This document shows positions 45,708-53,955 of a stretch of 64,000 bases of DNA, one piece after another. The translations under genes and the position numbers were made by a program. A model generated the notes under the pieces. The model was not told where the DNA came from. It saw only the letters and a program-made list of their open reading frames with translations, and ran no database searches. The stretch covers positions 2,402-66,401 of the forward strand of contig JAJCXP010000366.1 in NCBI GenBank assembly GCA_029263375.1, read 5' to 3'. The stretch is from Acidobacteriota bacterium (GTDB lineage Bacteria > Acidobacteriota > Thermoanaerobaculia > Multivoradales > JAHEKO01). Position 1 is the stretch's first letter. Every line of letters begins with the position of its first letter.

Positions 45708-47110
45708 CAGGCGGCCTCCTCGATAGCGGCCTCGACGAGGGAGACTGCTTCGTCTTCGGCTGCCGTCGCACGAATCCGAGCCTCGAAGGCGTCTTGTACC
45801 CGTTTGTCCACGTTTTCCATGAAATCCTCAGGCGCCCGGACGATGGGGACGCTGGCCAGAAAGGAAGGCCAGAGCGCCGGAACCGACGCCCCGGTCATGG
45901 TCCTCGTGAGCAGCGGGTACCCGATGCTCGGTGCAGCCAAGTACGCGAAGAGATATCCTGCCGGGACTTGGTCTCCCTTCGGGACAATCCGAATCACATG
46001 ATCGGACGTCGCCGCACCATCCAGCGCCGCATCCACGAACTGGGGGCGGCCAATGATGCCACCTAGCTGCCCGGACCTCGCCAGAAGCACCCACCCCGTG
46101 TGGATGATGTACTTGTAGAGGTCCTTTGTCCGCCTCCGGGAGAGATGCTTGTCCGCCTTGCGGTTGAGCCGGAACAGCTCTCCGCTTGTGAAGAACGGGA
46201 TCCCGTACCCCGCATCTACGTAGATGTGCTTGAAAAGCGGGACATCGAAGACGTCGGCTATCAGGCCGAGTTCCCAGAAGCCGCTCGCATGCGTGGTCGC
46301 CCAGCGGTCGAGCATTGTCGCCACGGGGTTATGGAAGAAAGCATCAAAGCGACGGGAAGAACTCAGTGCGCCGACACTGACTCCATGCCCGAACCGATGG
46401 ATGTCTGACTCCCTAGGCGGAGGCGTTGGCGGACAGAGTCGGCGCTCAACCTCAGCGACGACTCCCGCCAGCCTCCTTGCTGCCGCGGTCCGCAGCCTTG
46501 CGGCTTCGCTCACCAGTTCGTGTGCTCGCCTTTCGGTTGTGTCCGCCAGTCGCGGCACCGGAAGGTCGTAGATTCTGGCGGGCGGCAGGAATGGAACAGT
46601 CCCGCCCGTCGTCCCCACAGCTACAATGGCGACTCCAAGACGCGACGCCAGGAATGCGAACAAGTAGCCGGGCCTAATCTTGCTTCGGTCAGGCACGACT
46701 TTCATCACGTTGTCCGACCCGACTTTCCCAGCCATGTCCGGTCGGACGAAGGCTACCCGTCCGACCGTGCCATACGAGGTAATGAGGGTCGTGCCTTCCT
46801 CCAACAACATGAACGGCATCGCCGTGGCTTGGCTTCTCGCGATGAGCGGAGCCGAGCTGATGTCTGCTGCCAACATCTCGGAACCAGAGAGCAGCGCGAC
46901 GCCGTGGTCAGGCGAGTCTGTATACCGCCGCGCGAACCGCGGTCCGTTGAAGATCCCCTCCTTGCCACCCCTAGTAAGGTGCGAGAGGCCTGTAGTCCGA
47001 AGCCGCCTCAGAGTCGCCCGCGCTTCGCGGGCTGCAGAAAGGTACGGGGCCGCAGACAAGCGATGACCTGACTCGAGTAGCCAGTCACTCGGCACAGACT
47101 TGTCCCTCAT
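45707..47110 (-). CDS. type I RM specificity subunit-like protein (HsdS-like, two TRDs), copy 2
   Basis: Conserved N-terminal, central (DLPVPRLADTTERRAHELV) and C-terminal (EDEAVSLVEAAIEEAA) regions, shared with copy 1, flanking two divergent TRDs. Start Met chosen by ATGA coupling at 47110. Confidence 0.6.
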   Translation of the reverse strand: MRDKSVPSDWLLESGHRLSAAPYLSAAREARATLRRLRTTGLSHLTRGGKEGIFNGPRFARRYTDSPDHGVALLSGSEMLAADISSAPLIARSQATAMPFMLLEEGTTLITSYGTVGRVAFVRPDMAGKVGSDNVMKVVPDRSKIRPGYLFAFLASRLGVAIVAVGTTGGTVPFLPPARIYDLPVPRLADTTERRAHELVSEAARLRTAAARRLAGVVAEVERRLCPPTPPPRESDIHRFGHGVSVGALSSSRRFDAFFHNPVATMLDRWATTHASGFWELGLIADVFDVPLFKHIYVDAGYGIPFFTSGELFRLNRKADKHLSRRRTKDLYKYIIHTGWVLLARSGQLGGIIGRPQFVDAALDGAATSDHVIRIVPKGDQVPAGYLFAYLAAPSIGYPLLTRTMTGASVPALWPSFLASVPIVRAPEDFMENVDKRVQDAFEARIRATAAEDEAVSLVEAAIEEAA

Positions 47111-47391
47111 GCCCCGTCCCGCGGGCACCACCGCCGTAGTGTGTCGAATAGCGAGGGACCCCTGCAGGGTGAGGTGGCGCTCAGCGCCTCCCAACCGCCA
47201 GTGCGCTGGGGCGCGGCCCCGAGAGCCGTGAGTGGCACGACTGCATCGACGGATACCCCCAGCCTTTCGCCGAGAGCGGTTTCGGAGTTAAGCATGAGGA
47301 GCTGGTCGCCCGACAGGTGATCCCGTAGGTGGCAAATGGTCCGTCGCTCGGCCTCATTGACCGGCTTGCCGATGGGGATCACCGTCGCCAT
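47107..47391 (-). pseudogene. duplicated 5' fragment of the NERD-kinase gene (first ~70 bp, then divergent)
   Basis: MATVIPIGKPVNEAERR matches kinase N-terminus MARVIPIGEPVNEAERR. The DNA at 47320-47394 nearly duplicates 45640-45710, including the junction TGATGGC. Confidence 0.5.
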
Positions 47392-48791
47392 CAGGCGGCT
47401 TCCTCGATGGCGCTCTCAACGAGGTCGACAGCTTCGTCCTCGAGAGCGACAGCCCTCTGCCTGTCGACGTACGCGCTGACTACTTCTTCGTGCACAGACC
47501 TTTGCATGTGTCGAGACGGGTAGGGCACCGGTATTTGCGCACGGTAAACGTTGTGATGGTCCTGCTGCTTGGTGCCCACTGAGATCGAGCGGAGCATCCG
47601 AAAGGCGCTTTCCGAGCGCATGAACGCGAACAAGGCTCCCCGCGGCATTATCCTCTCGTCGGCGACGATGCGAAGGATGTCCTCCGAGTAGGCGAGGCCT
47701 ACGGCCGACCCCCAAGCGAACTCAGCGCGGCAGTAGAGCTCAGATTCGCCGAGGGTGCCTCGGGCCGCCACAAGCGTAGTTCCAGCATCGACAAGAATGT
47801 CGTCCGCGACCGACGTTCTCGCAATCCACCGTCCACGAGGGCGAAGCCTAAACAGCTGCTTCTGCCCTATGAGCTCGTATGCGTACTCAGGCTCGGCGTC
47901 AATCCGCCTGTATCGACCTCCGCGCTTGAGAGTTCCTGGGACACAGATCTCGCCGAGCGGCTTCCAGGGCCCACTCCGGATGCGATCGCAAAGGCGCCTG
48001 AACCTCGGGTTGAAGTTGAGCGCGCGCAAGGACTCCACTTTTGGAAAGGTCGCCTGGAACCCGACGTCAGGGCCCTCTGACTGCCACTCGCGTGCAGTGA
48101 TGTCCTGGAGGCCAACCGAGGCGAAGAACTGAGCCGTCGTATCGGAAAGCGCACGCTGAGCTCCTGTCAGGGTAGTGCCGGCTTCGACTACGAGCGCATG
48201 CGCTCTCTCCTCCATGGCTGCGTCGAGCCGTGGGACCGGAATATCTGCGAGTTGCTCTGGCTCTACATGCTTGATGTTTCCACCATAGATCTGCTTCCGG
48301 ATCCATGCGTGCCCGAAACGACTGGCGAGAAAGGCATGGACGTAGCCGGGAGGCACTCTTGCCGAATCTGGGCGAACCCGAATGAGGTCGTGCGTTCCAC
48401 AGAGCCGATCAAAGTCTCCGCGAGCCCAGATTGCGCGGCCTAGGTTCATTCCCGAGCAGGTCACCAGGATCATCCCTGGTTGGAGCATGAGGAGGTCCAA
48501 GACGCTGCCCAACCGGAACGACAAGAAGGCCGATGGCCGGACATCCGCCTGAAGCAAAGCATTGCCAGAAACGTAGGGGCGACCATACTCCGGGCCTGCG
48601 GCGTAGATCCTCTTGAAGATCGGCCCCCTAAAGACTCCGCCGGGCGGGCAAAGGTCTCCAAGCGGGGTCGCCTTTCGGCCCAATTCTCGGAGGCGCGCTA
48701 CCGCTTGCTGGTCCTCGGACAGGTGGAAGCCACCCGTGAGCCGAGTCCCTTCGGACATGATGTCCGACGCCGAGACCGGGCCGACCCTCAT
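47391..48791 (-). CDS. type I RM specificity subunit-like protein (HsdS-like, two TRDs), copy 1
   Basis: DIPVPRLDAAMEERAHALV. C-terminus EDEAVDLVESAIEEAA. TRDs unrelated to copy 2. Start at 48791 overlaps the upstream stop (ATGA). Confidence 0.6.
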   Translation of the reverse strand: MRVGPVSASDIMSEGTRLTGGFHLSEDQQAVARLRELGRKATPLGDLCPPGGVFRGPIFKRIYAAGPEYGRPYVSGNALLQADVRPSAFLSFRLGSVLDLLMLQPGMILVTCSGMNLGRAIWARGDFDRLCGTHDLIRVRPDSARVPPGYVHAFLASRFGHAWIRKQIYGGNIKHVEPEQLADIPVPRLDAAMEERAHALVVEAGTTLTGAQRALSDTTAQFFASVGLQDITAREWQSEGPDVGFQATFPKVESLRALNFNPRFRRLCDRIRSGPWKPLGEICVPGTLKRGGRYRRIDAEPEYAYELIGQKQLFRLRPRGRWIARTSVADDILVDAGTTLVAARGTLGESELYCRAEFAWGSAVGLAYSEDILRIVADERIMPRGALFAFMRSESAFRMLRSISVGTKQQDHHNVYRAQIPVPYPSRHMQRSVHEEVVSAYVDRQRAVALEDEAVDLVESAIEEAA

Positions 48792-49420
48792 GCGCCAGCC
48801 TCCTGCGGGAACCAACGCCTTATCGAGCCCGCAAGCAGTTCGAAGGATGGATCTGTACAGCCGTGGACCGATATCGAGTCCGCGATTCGTGTGTAGACTA
48901 CTTTCGTCTTAAGCGACCTCTGTCTAACCAGCGCCTGGATCGTCTCCTTAGGCTCAGTCGGTTTGGGGGCGTCGGCTGGCCAAGCGCCCGTTCCTTCTAG
49001 GTGCCGCCGAAGGGAACCACCTGAGAAGTTCAGGGCTCGCTCCACATTTGGGTTGTCCTGCCAGAGCCAGATCTCGAGCTCCGGGTCGATCACGACCACT
49101 TCGCAGCGATCCCCCCACCCAGTCTGGCTCAACCGGGCGACGATTTCGTCGTGCACCTCATGAGCAGGGAGCTCGCCGCCATACTGTTGGTCGAGCACGA
49201 CAAGGGCGCGTCTGTGTGTGTTGAGGTAGGGCCGCAGTAGCTCGTGGGCGCTTTTGTGCACGCCACCGTCGGTGTGCATCGGATCGTGAAAAATATCTTC
49301 TTGGGGCCAAACGTCGAACCGTTGGCACTGCAGCGTCAGGTCCCACCTCTCCCGCCCAAAGAACGAGCGAAGTACTGCCACCATGGTGCTGTCAGCGCCA
49401 AGGATGACAAGCTCCCTCAT
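48788..49420 (-). CDS. small partner protein of the AAA ATPase (family unassigned; DUF4276/RloB-type partners are candidates)
   Basis: 210 aa. Coupled to the ATPase gene by a 4-nt overlap. N-terminus MRELVILGADST. Confidence 0.45.
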   Translation of the reverse strand: MRELVILGADSTMVAVLRSFFGRERWDLTLQCQRFDVWPQEDIFHDPMHTDGGVHKSAHELLRPYLNTHRRALVVLDQQYGGELPAHEVHDEIVARLSQTGWGDRCEVVVIDPELEIWLWQDNPNVERALNFSGGSLRRHLEGTGAWPADAPKPTEPKETIQALVRQRSLKTKVVYTRIADSISVHGCTDPSFELLAGSIRRWFPQEAGA

Positions 49421-50697
49421 CCTAAGATACCTGCCGCGAACAGCGTTCCGAGGTCGAGCGACTCCTTCCAGCCCACTAGGCGGGGATGCTGTGGCCCAGG
49501 CACGACCGTCGCCGCTCCATTGCGGCCGAGCCTGGCCGCCAGTAGCTGGTCAAGCTCGACGTTGGCCACAACGACAGGCGAGTGGGATGAGACGAGGACT
49601 TGACTCTCCTGCATCGAGGAAAGCGCCTCGAGTACCGTCTCGATTGCTTGAGGGTGGATTCCGTTCTCCGGCTCTTCCACCAGAAGGAGTCGAGGGGGCC
49701 GTTGGAGGTAGGTCAGCAGCGTGAGCGCGAGCACGCGCAGGGTACCGTCGGACAGGCCGGACGACGTAACGACGTGCCCGCCGTGGTAGGTCACACGGAA
49801 GTACGCGTGGTGGTCCTCCTCCCGCTCGACGGCCTCGATATCCGTCACCTGAGGTAGCGCTATGGCAACGTGCTCCTTCCAGGCAGCGAACTGATCGGGC
49901 GTCTCTTGCTGCAGCGACATGGCGAGCCACGGCAGGTTTGTCCCATCGGGCCTCACACGATCCGTCAAGCCCGGTGGGCTAGCCTTTCGCAGTTCACTCC
50001 ACACTGGGTCGAAGAGCACTGCATCCTCGGTCAGACTGTCGACAAGCCATCGGGCCGCCGGGAAATCCTCACGTGCCTCGAAACGGACCTTTGGGAGCGC
50101 CAGCAGGTCGGGTTCGAGTGCCGTGTTGCGGGCCTTGGCTCTAGGCTTGGATTCGACGCGGAGCTCGATCTCGCTGCCGTACTCGCGCCGAATGGCGAAG
50201 CGCCACTGGGGCCGTGGGCTAATCTCGCCGTGCAACCGTGCTTGGCCTCGCGGCGGTGAGTGCTGGTCGGAGAATGTAAAGAGGTACTCGTTCTGTACCT
50301 GCAGCGCCCTCTTGTCGAAGACTTGGAGGCGGAGTTCGTACCGGATGTACCTCGGCCAGCGCTGCTCGTTGCTCCGGACAGCATCAGTCGTTCCTTCGAG
50401 GAGGTCCCGTACGACACGCTCTGGGAGCCGTGCCTCGACGGCGAAGATGAACCAGTCTGCCCGTTCCTTGTGTACGAGTTCCACTAGCGAGCCCGCACGT
50501 GAACCACGCGGCTGTGTGCTCCTAAGGAACGCTGTCGAGATGTTGTCCGCCTCGATGAGATCTCCGAGCAAGATCGGAATGTCTAACAGCGTTGTCTTCC
50601 CGGCTCCGTTGGCCCCGATGATTACCCCGAAGTGGCCTAGATCCACGTCGAGCTGGTCGAAGCAGCGATAGCCGGTGGCCTCGATGCGCGTGATCAT
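49417..50697 (-). CDS. AAA/ABC-type (SMC-like) ATPase of the AAA_15/AAA_21 kind
   Basis: Walker A GANGAGKTTLL. Signature-like LSDGTLRVLAL. Walker B LLLVEEPENGIHP. Confidence 0.75.
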   Translation of the reverse strand: MITRIEATGYRCFDQLDVDLGHFGVIIGANGAGKTTLLDIPILLGDLIEADNISTAFLRSTQPRGSRAGSLVELVHKERADWFIFAVEARLPERVVRDLLEGTTDAVRSNEQRWPRYIRYELRLQVFDKRALQVQNEYLFTFSDQHSPPRGQARLHGEISPRPQWRFAIRREYGSEIELRVESKPRAKARNTALEPDLLALPKVRFEAREDFPAARWLVDSLTEDAVLFDPVWSELRKASPPGLTDRVRPDGTNLPWLAMSLQQETPDQFAAWKEHVAIALPQVTDIEAVEREEDHHAYFRVTYHGGHVVTSSGLSDGTLRVLALTLLTYLQRPPRLLLVEEPENGIHPQAIETVLEALSSMQESQVLVSSHSPVVVANVELDQLLAARLGRNGAATVVPGPQHPRLVGWKESLDLGTLFAAGILG

Positions 50698-52733
50698 GTT
50701 CCTGGCTCCCTATTCTCCTCGCGGAACTCGCGGTAGGCCTGGGCGATGCGCGGCAGGTCGTCGTCGACGATCTTCTGCTTCCGACGAAGCTCCCGCTCCA
50801 CGAAGTTCCCATTGACCCGAATCCGCTCGATGACCTTGACCTCCTCGATCCGCTCCTCGCCATCAGGGCTGCGCTTGTACAGCGTGTTGCCGCGCCGATC
50901 GAAGCCGACTCTCTCGGCAACTGCCATGAAGACCGGGTAGTCGCTAGCCGCACCCAGATCCTCGGCCTGGATTTCCTCCTGGGTCTTCTTCTTGAGGAAG
51001 AGCAAGCTCGTCAGAATGTTGACGTTGGCCTCGACGATAAACACTTCGACGGGTAGGTCAACGCTTGCGAGCACCCAGCAGTGCCGCAGGATCCACCAGC
51101 GAATGTACTCATCACCTGGGTTGCCGAGAATGCCGTCAGGCAGCACAATGCCCGTGCGCCCACCCGGCCGCAGCCAGTCGATACAGCGCTCGATAAATAG
51201 AACCTCGGGCGAGACGCTGCCGTGGTGCTTGCCGCTGTTGACGAACCCACCGCCTTCAACAGCCGCCCACCGGTTGGCCAACTCGAAGTGCTGCAGGATG
51301 TTGGGGTCTGTGACCGGGATCTCCGACCCGAAGGGCGGGTTTGTCATCACGACATCCATGGTGCCGAGACCGGCCTGCTCTCCCGCGGCTTCGACGCCCC
51401 CCAAGTGCCCGGAGGGAAATTCCAGCGAGTTCATATTATAGACGTGTCCCTGAGCGTTCGAAGCCATCACCACGTTCATCTGGGCTGCGCGAACCAGGAA
51501 AGGATCGAAGTCGGCTCCAAACAGCTTGGAGTTGGCCCATGCTGCAAGGCGGTCGCGAATTGAGAGGAACTCGTCCGTTGACTCTGCACCAGGCTGGACA
51601 GCCGCTTCCTGATGAAAGCGGCGATCCATGTGGCTGAGCACCGATACGAGGAAGCCACCCGTACCGCAAGCGGGATCGAGGACGCGTTCGCTCTCCTGCG
51701 GATCCAGCATATCGACCATCAGATCGACAGCTCCGCGGGGTGTGAAGTACTGCCCCCTGTCGCCTCGGAGGTTGTTCTTGACAATTTCTTGATACGCCGC
51801 CCCCTTGGCGTCGATGGCCGTGCGGCCGAAGTCGTACTTCGCAAGCTCCGCGACCATGAAGGCAAGGGCTCGGTCCGAGAGGGTGATCTCCTCGTTCCCG
51901 CGAAAGATGGTGTCGTAGTGTCGCTTGACTTCCTCGAAGAGCGGCTCGATCCTCGCTCGGATGGCCTGACGCCCCTCCGGATCGAACTGCTCAGTGGCGC
52001 CCGCCCAGAAGCGAGGCTCATCGTCCCTGCTGCGCTTCTCGTCGTGCATCTTCGTAAAGATCAGGTACAGAAACTGCCAGAACGCCGCGTCCTTTGGCAT
52101 GCCCTCGTTGCCGTGGATGAAGTTGTGGCAGCGCCGGAACGCGGTTCGTAGCATCTCCGGATCGGCCCTTCGCAAGCGAGCGTGCGAGACAACATCGCGT
52201 GTGCCGATGGACTCGTCGGCCATCGGCCAATCCCCAATAGGCTTGAACTTCACATCGAAGCGGCTGACCTCTTTGTCAAAGAAGAAGAAGTCGAGGCCGT
52301 TGGTCCACAGCCCGTAGCGACAGGCGGGCGCGTCGGTCATCGCGGCGTGGAGCAGGCTGAATTCCATCTTGGCCTGGTCGTGGTCTCGCATCTTGTAGGC
52401 GCCCTTCTTGGTGCGAGGTGGTTCCTTCTGGCAAACCACTAGCCGCCGGACGTTCTCGACCTCGTGGGGCTGGTCCGACTCGAAGATCGCCAGGTCGATC
52501 TTTCTCATTCGCCCGTCCACTCGCATGCGGAAGTCGGGTGCCATGTCCTCGAGCGAGATGCCGTACTCGTGGAAGAACGCACGCGCGATGCGCTGGCGCA
52601 CCTTTTCCTTTAGGGTGTCCTTGACGGGTTTGCCGGTGATGTAGTCGACGACCTGTCCCTCCTCGATAGACATGGCGTCGGTGGACTCGCCGTTTTCGCT
52701 GGTGTCGCCAGCGCGGTCCTGTGGGTCAGTCAT
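50694..52733 (-). CDS. N6-adenine DNA methyltransferase, HsdM-like, with N-terminal HSDR_N-like (restriction-endonuclease-fold) extension
   Basis: Motif I LDPACGTGGFL. Motif IV NPPFG. N-terminal KIDLAIFE...RRLVVCQKE resembles a PD-(D/E)xK domain. ATG at 52733 is preceded by AAGGAGG and overlaps the end of the upstream HTH gene. Confidence 0.8.
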   Translation of the reverse strand: MTDPQDRAGDTSENGESTDAMSIEEGQVVDYITGKPVKDTLKEKVRQRIARAFFHEYGISLEDMAPDFRMRVDGRMRKIDLAIFESDQPHEVENVRRLVVCQKEPPRTKKGAYKMRDHDQAKMEFSLLHAAMTDAPACRYGLWTNGLDFFFFDKEVSRFDVKFKPIGDWPMADESIGTRDVVSHARLRRADPEMLRTAFRRCHNFIHGNEGMPKDAAFWQFLYLIFTKMHDEKRSRDDEPRFWAGATEQFDPEGRQAIRARIEPLFEEVKRHYDTIFRGNEEITLSDRALAFMVAELAKYDFGRTAIDAKGAAYQEIVKNNLRGDRGQYFTPRGAVDLMVDMLDPQESERVLDPACGTGGFLVSVLSHMDRRFHQEAAVQPGAESTDEFLSIRDRLAAWANSKLFGADFDPFLVRAAQMNVVMASNAQGHVYNMNSLEFPSGHLGGVEAAGEQAGLGTMDVVMTNPPFGSEIPVTDPNILQHFELANRWAAVEGGGFVNSGKHHGSVSPEVLFIERCIDWLRPGGRTGIVLPDGILGNPGDEYIRWWILRHCWVLASVDLPVEVFIVEANVNILTSLLFLKKKTQEEIQAEDLGAASDYPVFMAVAERVGFDRRGNTLYKRSPDGEERIEEVKVIERIRVNGNFVERELRRKQKIVDDDLPRIAQAYREFREENREPGT

Positions 52734-52965
52734 CCAGCCCCTCCTTCGGTGTCGCGTCGCTGCTCGACTCGGCGCCGCCTTCGCGAACCCACGCGTCGAC
52801 GTCATCCTTCTTGAACTTCCAGAAGCGCCCAACCTTGTAACCGGGCATTCCCTTCCGGGTAACCCAAACGTACACAGTGTCCTTGCTCACGCCGAGGTAC
52901 TCGGCGATCTGGTCTACGGACATCCACCGGTCGTCCATCGGTCGTGCGCTCCCGTGCTGAGGCAT
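52726..52965 (-). CDS. HTH_17 (excisionase/MerR-like) DNA-binding protein. Either Xis of the island or a controller of the downstream operon
   Basis: MSVDQIAEYLGVSKDTVYVWVTRKGMPGYKVGRFWKFKKDDVDAW is an excisionase-family HTH. Translationally coupled to the MTase. Confidence 0.7.
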   Translation of the reverse strand: MPQHGSARPMDDRWMSVDQIAEYLGVSKDTVYVWVTRKGMPGYKVGRFWKFKKDDVDAWVREGGAESSSDATPKEGLDD

Positions 52966-53290
52966 GCCGTTATGTAGGCTTCCTACCTAATTAATCAGAA
53001 GGGCGAGGAAGTGTCAACCGGCTTGAGTATGATTTGGTTTGATTTGAATAGGAATGGAGTGTTTTGGTTTGGTCTAGCCTTGCCTAGTGGACTTGGCAGC
53101 GTTGGTGGCCACTATCGACGAGAGGGTAACGAACGCGCCAGCGAGGTCTGACACTCGCCGGACAGACAAGCGGGAGATGCCTTCCCGAGGCCATCGGCGA
53201 CTTTCGCCAGTAGCATCGAGCTACGTGACGACGAGCCGAGCGGCGCAACCGCCAAGGCGCTAGGATGCGCTCAAACGAAAGGAGATCCTC

Positions 53291-53950
53291 ATGCCACGAG
53301 GCGGCCCAGTCATTTCGAACTGGCACACCCTGGTCGACGGGTTCAACACGTCGAGCCTCGATTTCTACAACGCCGTCGAGGAAGCGGTGAAGGCCCGGGA
53401 AGTGCCTGAAGCCGCTTTCTCCCTCGTCGAGTTCAAGGAGGGCGGTTTCGCTTCCGCCAGGCGCGAGTATCTACGGGTCGAGCGCGGCAACGTCGCCTTC
53501 GACATAGGCGCCGCTCCCTATGGCAATGGCTTCTTCTTCTCCTGGTGGCTCACGCGGCTGGGTCCGAAGCACCCGTTCCTCTATGTGCTTGCGTTCCTCG
53601 TCGCCGTTTTCTTTCTTCCCCCGATTCTCGCGTACCCCTTTCGAGATTCTTGCGGGTACTTCTTCATCGTGCCGGTGATGTTCGTTGGCGTCATTGCCGG
53701 CCTGGCTTTCCTCGCCCGCAAGGAGATCTTCGGCCCCGAGGAGCACATCCTCGCCATCCCGATCCTGGGTTGGATCTACGAGAAGATCTTCAACCCGAAC
53801 ACCTACTACGCGCTCGACACGGCGCTGATGTTCCAGGAGTCCATCCGGCGGGCCGTCAACGACGTGATGGATGGCCTGATGTCGGGTCAAGGCCTCAGAG
53901 CTCTGACTGAAGATCAGAAGAAGCCCACCATTCGTGATCTTTCGCGGTAG
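53291..53950 (+). CDS. hypothetical integral membrane protein
   Basis: 219 aa with about four hydrophobic helices. Immediately upstream of the large T4CP-like gene. Confidence 0.45.
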   Translation: MPRGGPVISNWHTLVDGFNTSSLDFYNAVEEAVKAREVPEAAFSLVEFKEGGFASARREYLRVERGNVAFDIGAAPYGNGFFFSWWLTRLGPKHPFLYVLAFLVAVFFLPPILAYPFRDSCGYFFIVPVMFVGVIAGLAFLARKEIFGPEEHILAIPILGWIYEKIFNPNTYYALDTALMFQESIRRAVNDVMDGLMSGQGLRALTEDQKKPTIRDLSR

Positions 53951-53955
53951 GGACC

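Noticed and set aside
34208-52965. Calling the operon BREX type 2 (Pgl) or a classical type I RM system
   Set aside because: No PglZ phosphatase motif, no PglX-sized MTase and no HsdR (SF2 helicase-nuclease) were recognisable. The resemblance is partial, so it is reported as a candidate related or novel system rather than assigned.
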